Below, piece by piece: positions 26,501 through 35,271 of a stretch of 60,521 bases of DNA; position 1 is the first letter of the stretch, and each line of letters starts with the position of its first letter. Both the position numbers and the translations under genes were made by a program. The notes under the pieces are model-generated. The model had not been told where the DNA came from and ran no database searches. It saw nothing but the letters and a program-made list of their open reading frames with translations. The DNA comes from an uncultured Bacteroides sp. (lineage in GTDB: Bacteria; Bacteroidota; Bacteroidia; Bacteroidales; Bacteroidaceae). The stretch spans positions 1 through 60,521 of the forward strand of contig CAMWRY010000001.1 of assembly GCA_947176775.1 (NCBI GenBank). Reading direction: 5' to 3'.

Positions 26501-26766
26501 CCCTGAATCTCATAAGTCACATGCTGGCCTGCCAGAATCTGCTTGATGGCTTCGTCCAGCTGGGAAGCATTCACCGATACATTCTTTTTGACATCCAGGT
26601 CATCGGCAATATATACAAAGGAGTATCCGCTCTTTGCCTGAAGTTCACTCATTGCTTTTTTCACTGATACATTCTTGATTCTCAATGATATGCTTTGCGA
26701 ATACACACTAAAATTCAGGCATAGCAATGCCCCGGCCATAAGCATGGCCTTTTTTCCGTAATTCAT
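23527..26766 (-). CDS. SusC/RagA TonB-dependent transporter with N-terminal STN domain
   Basis: LDEVVVVGY, PLWVIDG, DIESISVLKDGSATALYGSRGANGVI, C-terminal GLNVTF. Confidence 0.97.
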   Translation of the reverse strand: MNYGKKAMLMAGALLCLNFSVYSQSISLRIKNVSVKKAMSELQAKSGYSFVYIADDLDVKKNVSVNASQLDEAIKQILAGQHVTYEIQGKNIIIKKITKQTKQSRIKKQKITGVVKDVNGEPIIGASIMELGTGNGVITDMDGNFTLDIAETNELIVSYIGYQSQKIEAREGKDMLIVLKEDTQLLDEVVVVGYTTVKKSSITGAIGSVKSDKLKDVTSPNVSGMLQGKIAGVVVTPTSGKPGSDVSIRVRGVGSIRGNQSPLWVIDGVVGSSGADLNPNDIESISVLKDGSATALYGSRGANGVIQVTTKRAKSGTSSFEASAKFGLSELQRGNLRMMNGAEYYDYLKEAFTNAGILEEQHWFQPYLRNQNFDWWKEATQVATTQNYNLAYKYGNDKIRSYISADYYTEDGAIKGYDYDRLTLRTNTDYVVNNRLTLKAGLALSYRETFDQQQSLSYASYTPWDSPYNSKGELKTGQEGLPLKEDAATADPRDYWYSDGGYNYMNYYQRHWTRNRNNSMNINLGFHYKILDFLKYESNNQVSFTNSYSEQYTDPKDYGQGADHGKVRNDNANSRHLYFSQMLHMTHTFADFHEMDVYLGYDYDEARSYSNWGQAKNIYSGAEVIGAGAGDQTAGGTKSERKNAAVYFNANYTYDSKYLFQVMVRRDGSSRFGANKRWGTFWSVGGGWNLHKEAFMEGLAFINELKPRFSYGISGNEPGGAYEWTTKLDITQQYAEEIAFFSNYAGNPNLSWEETASLDYGLDIRLFDRVSITVDGYYRKAKNLIYLRHLPAVSGYNRQTANDGSMTNKGFEISITPEIVKTKDLYWDLTFNMGYNKNKVTKMPNGDELYTQATAEGYPYMNWYMREWAGVDTMTGRPLWFVVDSETGEKSVTGDYNKATRQLLDAVPTPKVNGAVGTNFSWKGLSVNANFTFSAGAKIYNSARAAALDRDAGRTSQPPMRLADGWSRWQKPGDKATHPQLIAGGNNSADGESTRYLENGDYFKLKSLSVSYSLPTRWIKPLSLNTARINLGGENLFTVTKFSGIDPEVLYSSSYNGKASSGNAYPSVRRFTVGLNVTF

Positions 26767-26827
26767 AAATTTCAGATTTTAAAATTAAAAAAACGAGGCG
26801 GAAGGTGCTTTCGAAGAAATTTTTTAG

Positions 26828-26927
26828 TACTTTTGTTTGATTTCTTGAAAAATATCCCTCACAATTACATGTTTTTCCAAGAAGTAAGCATAAAAGTCGG
26901 AAGGTCTCGCACACCTTCCGGCTTTTT
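26828..26927 (+). ncRNA. putative cis-antisense sRNA in the fecR-susC leader (promoter box to terminator)
   Basis: + strand TACTTTTG (26828-26835); hairpin AAAAGTCGGAAGGT/ACCTTCCGGCTTTT (26892-26926) ending in a T-run. Confidence 0.55.
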
Positions 26928-27008
26928 GGTATCCTACTTCAATCCTTTTACTTTAAGTAGATTCATTTATCATTTGCTGTCATTTTTAAGGTTATACAAA
27001 AGTTTATA

Positions 27009-28019
27009 TTAATACAAAATTATATCCTTCTCTTTCAGTACGTAATGCACTCTGTTTGTAGCCGACAAAGCATCCAATATATCTTGCAGGCTTTGCTCCG
27101 TGCCACTGAAGTCTCCATAAAGCCGGACATTCTTCAAGGAGTCGTCGGCAAACGTTATATTCACGCCATAGTTGCGTGCCAACACCTCGGCCACTTCGGA
27201 CAGCGGTATTTCCTGGAAAGTCAGCCGGCCCTGCGTCCACTCTATCGGAGCGGTTTCCATGGATTCCTTTACCATCACCCCGTTCTGCTTGTCCAGCTCC
27301 ACGCGCTCATTGGGAGAGAGTATCACTTCCGCCTCTTTTCTGAGGAGGTTGTTCAGCGCCACTTTTCCCTCTATCAGCGAGACGGATGCCTTCTTGTCCT
27401 CCGGATAGTCGCGGAAATTAAACTTGGTGCCCAGCACCCTCACCTCCAAGTCCTTGGCCTGCACGCGGAAGGGCATCCGGGCGTTGTGCGCCACTTCAAA
27501 GTAGCCTTCGCCTTGCAGTTTCACGAACCGCGCCTCGACACCGAAGTTCTGCGAATAGGTGATGTGCGAACCGGCATTCAGCAGCACCAACGTCCCATCG
27601 GGCAAATGAAGCCGCGTCTGCGAACCCACCGGAGCCTCTATATGCACCTCTGCCAAAGCGTTGTGCAGATGCCTCTCTCCGCCACGAAAGGAGAAGTAGG
27701 ACACCATGCCCAGCAACAGTATGGCTGCGGCGTATTTATAGCAGCGCTTCCAGCCTGTCCGTCCCTTTCGGGCAGCCTGTTCGTGCTTCTTCCGGTCGAT
27801 GCGGCTCTTGAAAGCGGCAAAGGCTTTCTCCTCGTTGTACCTGGCCGGTTCCTGAGGGTGCAGAGATGAAAACCAGATTTCCCGATACCGCATGAGGTAC
27901 TTCCGGTTGGTTTCGGATTCGGCCATCCATGCGTCCAGCGTTTCCTGCTCTTCCGGAGTCAAGCTGCCGGAGAGGGAGACAGAAATCAATTCATCAATGT
28001 ATGCTTGCCTTTCTTCCAT
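27009..28019 (-). CDS. FecR family anti-sigma factor
   Basis: LPDGTLVLLNAGS, L.GEGYFEVA, VRVLGTKFN, one TM helix. Confidence 0.95.
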   Translation of the reverse strand: MEERQAYIDELISVSLSGSLTPEEQETLDAWMAESETNRKYLMRYREIWFSSLHPQEPARYNEEKAFAAFKSRIDRKKHEQAARKGRTGWKRCYKYAAAILLLGMVSYFSFRGGERHLHNALAEVHIEAPVGSQTRLHLPDGTLVLLNAGSHITYSQNFGVEARFVKLQGEGYFEVAHNARMPFRVQAKDLEVRVLGTKFNFRDYPEDKKASVSLIEGKVALNNLLRKEAEVILSPNERVELDKQNGVMVKESMETAPIEWTQGRLTFQEIPLSEVAEVLARNYGVNITFADDSLKNVRLYGDFSGTEQSLQDILDALSATNRVHYVLKEKDIILY

Positions 28020-28095
28020 TGTTCAAGGGGTTCTATGAGTAGAGACGATTATTTGGTTTCAAAGGGTAGTGGGACGAGCCACTTTTTTTCGGTTT

Positions 28096-28686
28096 TTAAT
28101 AGAACAAAAGCATGAGCAGACAAAGGAGGTATCGTTCCAGCTCTTCGTAAAGGATGGCCAATGCTTTCTTTATGTGATACTTAACCGTGTTCACGGAGAT
28201 GCCCAGTTCTTGGGATATTTCTTCGTACTTTTTTTCTTCGAAGCGGCTTTTCAGGAAGACGCGGCGGCACTCTTCGGGTAGCGAGCCGATGGCCCGGAGG
28301 ATTTCTTCTTCGAGTTCGCGCTCCAGCAGCGTGCCCAGCGGATGGCTGTCCGACAACAGGGAACGGGCCGGAATGGACGCATCGGTATCCAGCGCGGAGA
28401 AGACAATCTCGTTCTTTTCGTAGTTGGAAGACAAGTAGTCGAGGCAACGGTTGCGAACCGCCCGGGTCAGATAGCTGCGCAAAGAAGAGCGGATGTCCAG
28501 GGTTTCGTGCACTTCCCAGAGATGAAACATCACATCTCCGACCAGAGATTCGGCCAAATGGTCGTCATGGACATAGCCATAGGCCACATGGCATAAGAAA
28601 ACATAGTGATGCTTATAAAGATACCTGTAAGCCTCCTCATTGCCTTGCTTCAACATTTCCTTAATTAGTCTTTCTGCATCTTCCAT
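28096..28686 (-). CDS. ECF sigma-70 factor (Bacteroides PUL type)
   Basis: SYLTRAVRNRCLDYL; LPEECRRVF; KYEEISQELGISVNTVKYHI. Confidence 0.95.
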   Translation of the reverse strand: MEDAERLIKEMLKQGNEEAYRYLYKHHYVFLCHVAYGYVHDDHLAESLVGDVMFHLWEVHETLDIRSSLRSYLTRAVRNRCLDYLSSNYEKNEIVFSALDTDASIPARSLLSDSHPLGTLLERELEEEILRAIGSLPEECRRVFLKSRFEEKKYEEISQELGISVNTVKYHIKKALAILYEELERYLLCLLMLLFY

Positions 28687-28864
28687 AAGATTACATCTAC
28701 CATGTATGCGTTATCGCAAATTACGAACGGGAAACATATCCGGTGCAAAAGTAAGAGTTTTATTCGGAAATGCAGCCGCTTTTTATCCCATATTTCTTGT
28801 CCATATACCGGATTCACTCTATATTTGTTCCCGATAAATTATCATAAACTAAATACTTACTAAC

Positions 28865-29482
28865 ATGAAAAAGATTTTCGCATCAGTGGTCATTCTGGCT
28901 GCTTCGTTGAGCGGTCTCCATGCCCAAGACAATCTGAAATGGGGAGCAACAATCGGTATGAACTCCAGTAACTTTTCTATCACGGGCTTCGACAGCAAGG
29001 TAGGCTTCCATGCCGGAGTGAAGGCGGAAGTGGGACTGCCGCAAGTCTCCGACGGGGTCTACCTCGACCTGGGCGCCCTGCTTACGCTGAAGGGAGCCAA
29101 GATAGACGGAGGCTCTGCCGCTTCTATCAAGTTCAATCCTTACTACTTGGAAGTACCGGTGCACATCGGCTACAAGTATGCGGTGAACGAGAACTTTGCC
29201 ATATTCGGCAATGCCGGCCCTTACCTGGCCGTGGGCCTTTTCGGCAAGGCCAAAGTAGAGGGAGACCTTGTTGACGAGCTTGACGTAGAGAGCAACTCTA
29301 CCAATGTGTTCGGCGACGATGCCATGAACCGCTTCGACCTGGGACTCGGGCTGAAGGCCGGCGTGGAGTTCAACCAGAAGTTCCAGATTGCCATCGGCTA
29401 CGACTGGGGGATGATAGAGAACATCAAAGACTCGGGCAACAAGAACCGGAACCTGATGCTATCGCTCAGCTGCTTCTTCTAA
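28865..29482 (+). CDS. outer-membrane beta-barrel (porin/PorT-like family) protein
   Basis: Signal peptide, GFHAG, YLEVP, AGPY, C-terminal aromatic residue. Confidence 0.85.
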   Translation: MKKIFASVVILAASLSGLHAQDNLKWGATIGMNSSNFSITGFDSKVGFHAGVKAEVGLPQVSDGVYLDLGALLTLKGAKIDGGSAASIKFNPYYLEVPVHIGYKYAVNENFAIFGNAGPYLAVGLFGKAKVEGDLVDELDVESNSTNVFGDDAMNRFDLGLGLKAGVEFNQKFQIAIGYDWGMIENIKDSGNKNRNLMLSLSCFF

Positions 29483-29592
29483 ACGGATTGAAAGTTTGCA
29501 AGAACTTGGCGCAAGCACCTCCAAAACCCGAATAAACAACTCGCAACAGGATGCTGCATCAGGCACATAGTATATAACCCATTCAACCATTT

Positions 29593-30666
29593 ATGACTTA
29601 CGACATACCTACTTTAACCTCCGAGGCAATCGGGCTGCTCAAGTCGCTGATTGCCATCCCTTCCCTGAGCCGCGACGAGGAGAAGGCGGCAGACTATCTG
29701 CAAAACTACATCGAGATGCAGGGCATGACAACGGGACGCAAAGGCAACAACGTGTGGTGCCTCAGCCCGATGTTCGACCTCAAGAAGCCGACCCTGCTGC
29801 TGAACTCGCACATCGACACCGTGAAACCCGTCAACGGATGGCGGAAGGACCCTTTCAAGCCGACGCTGGAGAGCAACGGCAAGCTGTACGGACTGGGAAG
29901 CAACGATGCCGGTGCCAGCGTGGTGAGCCTGTTGCAGGTGTTCCTGACGCTGTGCCGCACCAAGCAGGCCTACAACCTCATATTCCTGGCCTCGTGCGAG
30001 GAGGAGGTATCGGGCCAAGGAGGCATAGAGTGCGTATTGCCGGAACTGCCGCCCATACAGTTTGCCATCGTGGGCGAGCCTACGGAGATGCAGCCTGCCA
30101 TTGCCGAAAAGGGGTTGATGGTGCTGGACGTGACCGCCACCGGACGCTCGGGACACGCGGCACGGAACGAGGGGGACAATGCTATCTATAAGGTATTGGA
30201 CGACATCGCCTGGTTCCGCGACTACCGCTTCGCCAAAGAGTCGCCCTTGCTGGGCCCGGTGAAGATGAGCGTGACGATGGTGAATGCCGGAACACAACAC
30301 AACGTCATCCCGGACCGCTGCTCGTTCGTAGTGGACATCCGCAGCAACGAGTGCTACAGCAATCAGGAGTTGTTCGACGAGATACAGAAGCACATCGCCT
30401 GCAAGGCACAGGCACGCTCCTTCCGGTTAAGCTCTTCGCACGTGGCACCGGAACATCCGCTGGTGAAGAAGGCCGTCAAGATGGGACGCACCCCCTTCGG
30501 CTCGCCCACGCTGTCGGACCAGGCGCTGATGCCTTTCCCCTCGCTGAAGATGGGGCCGGGAAAGAGTGCCCGTTCGCATACGGCGGACGAGTTCATCTTC
30601 GTCAAAGAGATCGAGGAGGCGATAGGAATGTATCTGGAGATGCTGGAAGGGGCAAGGATAGAATAG
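29593..30666 (+). CDS. argE: M20 family metallohydrolase, ArgE-like deacylase
   Basis: LNSHIDTV, GLGSNDAG, CEEE, VGEPT, SHTADE. The exact substrate is inferred. Confidence 0.75.
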   Translation: MTYDIPTLTSEAIGLLKSLIAIPSLSRDEEKAADYLQNYIEMQGMTTGRKGNNVWCLSPMFDLKKPTLLLNSHIDTVKPVNGWRKDPFKPTLESNGKLYGLGSNDAGASVVSLLQVFLTLCRTKQAYNLIFLASCEEEVSGQGGIECVLPELPPIQFAIVGEPTEMQPAIAEKGLMVLDVTATGRSGHAARNEGDNAIYKVLDDIAWFRDYRFAKESPLLGPVKMSVTMVNAGTQHNVIPDRCSFVVDIRSNECYSNQELFDEIQKHIACKAQARSFRLSSSHVAPEHPLVKKAVKMGRTPFGSPTLSDQALMPFPSLKMGPGKSARSHTADEFIFVKEIEEAIGMYLEMLEGARIE

Positions 30667-30704
30667 CCCCCGTTCATTCTTCATTCTCAATTCTTAATTT
30701 CCCC

Positions 30705-32018
30705 CTACCGGTTCAGCCACAACTCCGGATTCAGCTTCTCCTTCTCCTTCCGCAACTGGAAGTGGAGTATGGTGCGCCCGTTGTCGGCCTTGTTCGAGAA
30801 GATGGGGCCGAGGGACTGCTTGGTGGTGACATCGTCGCCCTGCTTCACCAAGGCGGACGAGAGGTTGCAATAGACAGAGATGTAGTTGCCGTGACGGATA
30901 AGGACATTGAACAGGCCGTTCAGCTGGAAGACGGCAGCCACCTTGCCGTTGAAGATGGCACGGGCCTGGGCACCGGGCTTGCCTTGGATGTCGATACCTT
31001 TGTTGTCCAGCTTGACGTTGCGCAGCCCCTCTACGGCATACTGGCCATAGTGGCTGGTGATGATGTAGGCACCGGTGATGGGCATCGGCAGTTTGCCGCG
31101 GTTGTTGACGAAACTGCCTGAGAGTTCGCGGTCGGCCTTGCTCATGGAGTAGGTCTCCAGGGGCTGGGCCGAAGGCCGGGTGGAAGCGGACGAAGAAGAG
31201 GCGGTGGCCGCAGATTCGCTCTTCCCGGCGTTCGTCTTACGGGTGGCGGACTCGCGGCGTGCTTCGGCTTCGGCACGCTTACGGGCTTTCTCCACCTCCT
31301 CTGCTATCAGGCGGTCGATGCGTGTGTTGAGCTGGGTGGCTTCGCGGCGTTTCTTGTTCAGTTCGTTTTGCAGGCCGCGCTGCTTCTTTTTCAGGTTGTC
31401 CACCAGCAGTTTCTGTTCCTTCTCTTGCGCTTCCAGACGGGTTTTCTCTGCTTCGCGCTCTTTCAGCAGGTCCTCTTTGGCGCTCTTCACCTGTTGCAGT
31501 TCGGTCTTCTTGCGGTTCACTTGCTCCTGCTTTTTCAGCACCTCTTCGCCTTGCAGACGCTGGTAGGTGGCATACTCGCGGACGTAACGCATGCGGCGGT
31601 AGGTCTGGGCCAGGCTTTGGGCGGAGAAGATGAACATCAGTTTCTCTTCCACGGAGCGGTTCTTGTAGAGGTACTGCACGGAGGCTTCGTATTTCTTCTT
31701 CTTCTCCTTCAGGTCGCGTTGCAGACGGGTCAGCTGGCGTTCCAGGGAGGAGAGTTCTCGCTCGATGGATTCCACATCGTTGCTGATGGCAAGGATGTAG
31801 CGTTTGCGCTCCTCTATCTGACCGGTGAGTGCGGCCAGGCTGTTGAGCTGGCTACCGACGTCTTGCTTGGCGGTTTTCAGAAGCGATTCCGACTCGGCTA
31901 TCTGTTTCTGCAGGGCACCGCGCTTGCTCTCCAACTCCTGAATCAGTTTGTTGGACTGGGAGAAGAGCGAGGCGGAAGGTAATGACAATAACAGGAGGAA
32001 AAGAAGGAATGGCTTCAT
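30705..32018 (-). CDS. EnvC-like murein hydrolase activator (coiled coil + degenerate M23)
   Basis: Long coiled coil; NKGIDI, IRHG, LHFQ, LNPE.W. Confidence 0.88.
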   Translation of the reverse strand: MKPFLLFLLLLSLPSASLFSQSNKLIQELESKRGALQKQIAESESLLKTAKQDVGSQLNSLAALTGQIEERKRYILAISNDVESIERELSSLERQLTRLQRDLKEKKKKYEASVQYLYKNRSVEEKLMFIFSAQSLAQTYRRMRYVREYATYQRLQGEEVLKKQEQVNRKKTELQQVKSAKEDLLKEREAEKTRLEAQEKEQKLLVDNLKKKQRGLQNELNKKRREATQLNTRIDRLIAEEVEKARKRAEAEARRESATRKTNAGKSESAATASSSSASTRPSAQPLETYSMSKADRELSGSFVNNRGKLPMPITGAYIITSHYGQYAVEGLRNVKLDNKGIDIQGKPGAQARAIFNGKVAAVFQLNGLFNVLIRHGNYISVYCNLSSALVKQGDDVTTKQSLGPIFSNKADNGRTILHFQLRKEKEKLNPELWLNR

Positions 32019-32060
32019 GATTTTCCGGTTTATAAGTAAGTAGATAAAAGAGGTGTTTGA

Positions 32061-32657
32061 TCACTCCTTAGTAAGAGAAAGCAGCATCCCCAGCAGTTCC
32101 TCCAGCGCTACCTCCTTGTACTTCGGCGACAGCTGGGTGGGAGTCAGCGTGAAGGGCTTTTCCGAGAAGTTGGAAAGTTCTATCTTCCCCTTTTCCAGCG
32201 AGGGGATGCCCAGCTCCTTGGCGGTGAGCACCTTCTTGCCGCCGGGCTTGGAGGCGGCGTAGAGCAACTTCTCCAGATGGGCGAAGTCGGCCTTCTTGGG
32301 CAGGAGGCGCTTCAGCTGCTTGCGCGTGGCGCGGACGTAGCGCTTGCCCATGCGGTCCACCAGCAGAATCTCGTTCGGGGTGACCTCCATGCGTGCCACC
32401 TCCGTGCGGAGTATCGGCATCAGGAAGGAGAGCTGCATGCACTCCTCGCGTTTCAGCTTCATGGTGCCGTTCACGGTGAGGGTGTTCTCCTTGTGGGGCA
32501 CCGTAAGCTGCACTTTGGAGGAGAGGCAGGCGGATTCGCCGGACACACCGGCCGTGCGCGAGGTCTTGCAACCGGCCAGCCCTACGGCCAGCAGAAGCAG
32601 CAAGGACCACAGGCGGAGGGTCCTTGCAGCAAGGTCATTCAGCAGATTTGGTTTCAT
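32061..32657 (-). CDS. DUF4292-like lipoprotein
   Basis: Lipobox LAGC; EVARMEVTPNEILLVDR; position between TPR and EnvC genes. Confidence 0.75.
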   Translation of the reverse strand: MKPNLLNDLAARTLRLWSLLLLLAVGLAGCKTSRTAGVSGESACLSSKVQLTVPHKENTLTVNGTMKLKREECMQLSFLMPILRTEVARMEVTPNEILLVDRMGKRYVRATRKQLKRLLPKKADFAHLEKLLYAASKPGGKKVLTAKELGIPSLEKGKIELSNFSEKPFTLTPTQLSPKYKEVALEELLGMLLSLTKE

Positions 32658-34542
32658 CGGATATATATTTCTTTTTCTGTATTTTCTGTTTCAGCGTATC
32701 AGAGCGGTTGCCCTTGTCCCAAGCCTGTTGCCAGTACTTCAGGGCACCTTCGGCATCGCCCGTCATGTAGTAGATGTCGCCGCAGTGTTCCAGCACCACG
32801 TTGCTGCTCTCCTGGTCGTTCTTTATCGCCTCGTCGATGTAGAGGCGCGCTTCGGCATAGTTGCCCTTGACGAACAGTATCCAGGCGTAGGTGTCGAGGT
32901 AGGTGGCGTTGGCAGGCTCGGCCTTCACCGTCTTGTAGCTCATCTCCTCCGCCTTGTCCAGGTCGCGCCGCTCCACGGAGAGGTAGTAGGCATAGTTGTT
33001 CAGGGCACTGATGTTCGACGGGTTGTATTTCAGGGCCGCTTCGTAGGCGGCATAGGATTCCGACCGGCGTTGCTGCGAGTGGTAGGCATCGCCGATGATG
33101 GCGTAGAAATCGGAGACGACCTCCTTCTTGCTGTCGTCCTTGACGTGCGGCAGGGCCTTCAGGCAGGTGGCGAGGGCATCTTCCGAACGCTCCGCCTGCA
33201 GATAGCCGATGGCCAGGTAGTAATAGAACTCCAGCATGTCGGGATTGGACTCGATGCCGGCTTCGCACAGAGTGATGACTCCTTGGTAATCTTCCTGTCG
33301 GATGGCCTCGCCCAGCAGCGTCATGCGCGCCGCCGTGTTGGTGGGGTCGATGGACAGCACCTGGCGCAACACGGGCCAGGCCTGCGAGTCCATCCTCTTG
33401 GAGATGAGGTACTGCGCATAGAGCATCGGCAGCTGGGCATCGTCGGGGTCCTGCTCCAGGATGCGGCTGAAGAGGGTGACAACGCGCGTGCTGTCCTTGC
33501 CGGCCTGCTCGTTCTGCACGATAAACTGCCGCATCACGTTCAGCTTCGTGGCCGAGGGCACCTTGCGGTTCAGCAGCAGCGTGTCCAGCTGCTGTTCATA
33601 CAGCTCCTTCTGCCCGGTCTCTTCGTAGTAAGAGGCCAGCGAGTACATGGCCATGGCGTTGTCCGGCTCCTCGGCCAGCACCTGGCGGTAGATGTCGTAG
33701 GCTTCCTGCTTCTTCCCGTTCTGCATATAGACATCGCCCAGCACCACCCGGTAGCGCTGGTCGTTGGGGTACTCTTCCACCAGACTCTCTATCTCGCGGA
33801 AGGCGCTCTTGTCGTCCTTCTTTTGCAGGTAGATGCGGAACTTCTCCATGCTGAGCTGTTCGTTCTTGCCCATCCGCTCTTCGAGTTTGTTCAGGATGCC
33901 GATGACCTGGTCGTAGGCCTCCTGGCGGTTGTAGATTTCCAGCAGGTTGTAGAGGGGGTCCAGCTTGTCGGAGAAGCGTCCGGCCATCTCCTCCCACAGG
34001 GCGGCGGCCTTCGCCATCTCGTTCTGCTGCATGTAGAGGTTGGCCAGGCCCTGGGCATACCAGTAGTTGTCCGGTGCGTTCTCCACCGCTTTCTCCAAGG
34101 CGGCCTGTCCCTGCGGCACCTGCTTGAGGTAGAGGTAGTACTGGGCCATCTCGTACAAGGCCGACGAGGCGTTCGGATTGATGGCCAGGCAGTGCTGCAA
34201 CAGGCCGAAAGCGGCCGTATACTCCTTGTTCACCTTCAGGCGAGCCGCTTCCAGGAAATAGTAGTCGTAACGGCGCTGCTCCTCCTCGGTGAGCAAGGGC
34301 AACTGGGGCTGCGGCTTCGGCAACTGCGCGAGGGCGGCCCTTTTCTTCTCTCTCTTCTCCTTCTTCTTAGCCGCCAGATGGTTCACGGCCGTGGTAGCCG
34401 CGTTGCTGACCACAGTGGTAGCCGCGCTGGTGGCCGCACTGCCCACGGCGCCTTTGACGGCTCCGCCTATCAGCAGTCCGCAAGAGGTGAGGCAGCAGGC
34501 GCATGCCCAGAAGAGTGCTATGATTTTAGCTCTGATTTTCAT
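32635..34542 (-). CDS. TPR-repeat lipoprotein
   Basis: Lipobox LTSC; many TPRs; LNNYAYYL, YLDTYAWILF, EHCGD. Confidence 0.92.
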   Translation of the reverse strand: MKIRAKIIALFWACACCLTSCGLLIGGAVKGAVGSAATSAATTVVSNAATTAVNHLAAKKKEKREKKRAALAQLPKPQPQLPLLTEEEQRRYDYYFLEAARLKVNKEYTAAFGLLQHCLAINPNASSALYEMAQYYLYLKQVPQGQAALEKAVENAPDNYWYAQGLANLYMQQNEMAKAAALWEEMAGRFSDKLDPLYNLLEIYNRQEAYDQVIGILNKLEERMGKNEQLSMEKFRIYLQKKDDKSAFREIESLVEEYPNDQRYRVVLGDVYMQNGKKQEAYDIYRQVLAEEPDNAMAMYSLASYYEETGQKELYEQQLDTLLLNRKVPSATKLNVMRQFIVQNEQAGKDSTRVVTLFSRILEQDPDDAQLPMLYAQYLISKRMDSQAWPVLRQVLSIDPTNTAARMTLLGEAIRQEDYQGVITLCEAGIESNPDMLEFYYYLAIGYLQAERSEDALATCLKALPHVKDDSKKEVVSDFYAIIGDAYHSQQRRSESYAAYEAALKYNPSNISALNNYAYYLSVERRDLDKAEEMSYKTVKAEPANATYLDTYAWILFVKGNYAEARLYIDEAIKNDQESSNVVLEHCGDIYYMTGDAEGALKYWQQAWDKGNRSDTLKQKIQKKKYISDETKSAE

Positions 34543-34560
34543 CTGTTTAACTATAGATTC

Positions 34561-34670
34561 TCACACCAATATTGTTTGTCGTGACAGACACTGGTCTTTG
34601 TCGCGACAGACACCAGTGTTTGTCACGACAAAGGCCAGTGTCTGAGCCGACAGACTCCAGTGTCTGTCAG
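34561..34670. repeat. 22-bp palindromic-unit tandem array, copy 3
   Basis: 5 units; shares CTGAGCCGACAGACTCCAGTG exactly with copy 1. Confidence 0.88.
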
Positions 34671-34686
34671 ACGGGGTTTTCTTCCC

Positions 34687-35124
34687 TTATTTCTTGCCCG
34701 TATGGCCGAAGCCTCCGGCGCCGCGTTCCGTGTCGTCCAGCGCCTCCACCACCTGCCAAGAGGCTTGTTCGTGGCGTGCTATCACCAGTTGGGCAATCCG
34801 CTCCCCGTCTTCGATAACAAAAGTTTCGGTGGAGAGGTTGACGAGAATCACGCAGATTTCGCCCCGGTAGTCGGCATCGATGGTTCCGGGGGAGTTGAGC
34901 ACGGTGATTCCCTTCTTCAGGGCCAATCCGCTACGGGGGCGCACCTGCGCCTCGTGCCCTTCGGGAAGGGCGATGTAAAGCCCCGTGGGCACCAGGCAGC
35001 GCTGCATGGGGGCCAGCGAAAGGGGTTCGTCGAGATTGGCACGGAGGTCCATTCCTGCAGAAAGGGGGGTGGCGTAGGCCGGAAGCGGATGCTTCGATTT
35101 ATTGATGATGGGTACGTTCAGCAT
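34687..35124 (-). CDS. dut: dUTP diphosphatase
   Basis: [37 protein letters not shown]. Confidence 0.97.
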   Translation of the reverse strand: MLNVPIINKSKHPLPAYATPLSAGMDLRANLDEPLSLAPMQRCLVPTGLYIALPEGHEAQVRPRSGLALKKGITVLNSPGTIDADYRGEICVILVNLSTETFVIEDGERIAQLVIARHEQASWQVVEALDDTERGAGGFGHTGKK

Positions 35125-35271
35125 GATGCGATTTACAGTTTGTAGGTTCTTACTCCTTATTTAATTGGGCGAAAATACGGCTTTTAAAGGAAATTAGTCC
35201 TACATTTGCAGTTAAATAATAAGAAAGGAGAACCGAATACTCCCGAAAACAACAAAGAAACTCAAATCGCT

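Noticed and set aside
32344-34584. 746-aa + strand ORF
   Set aside because: Antisense shadow of the TPR and DUF4292 genes.
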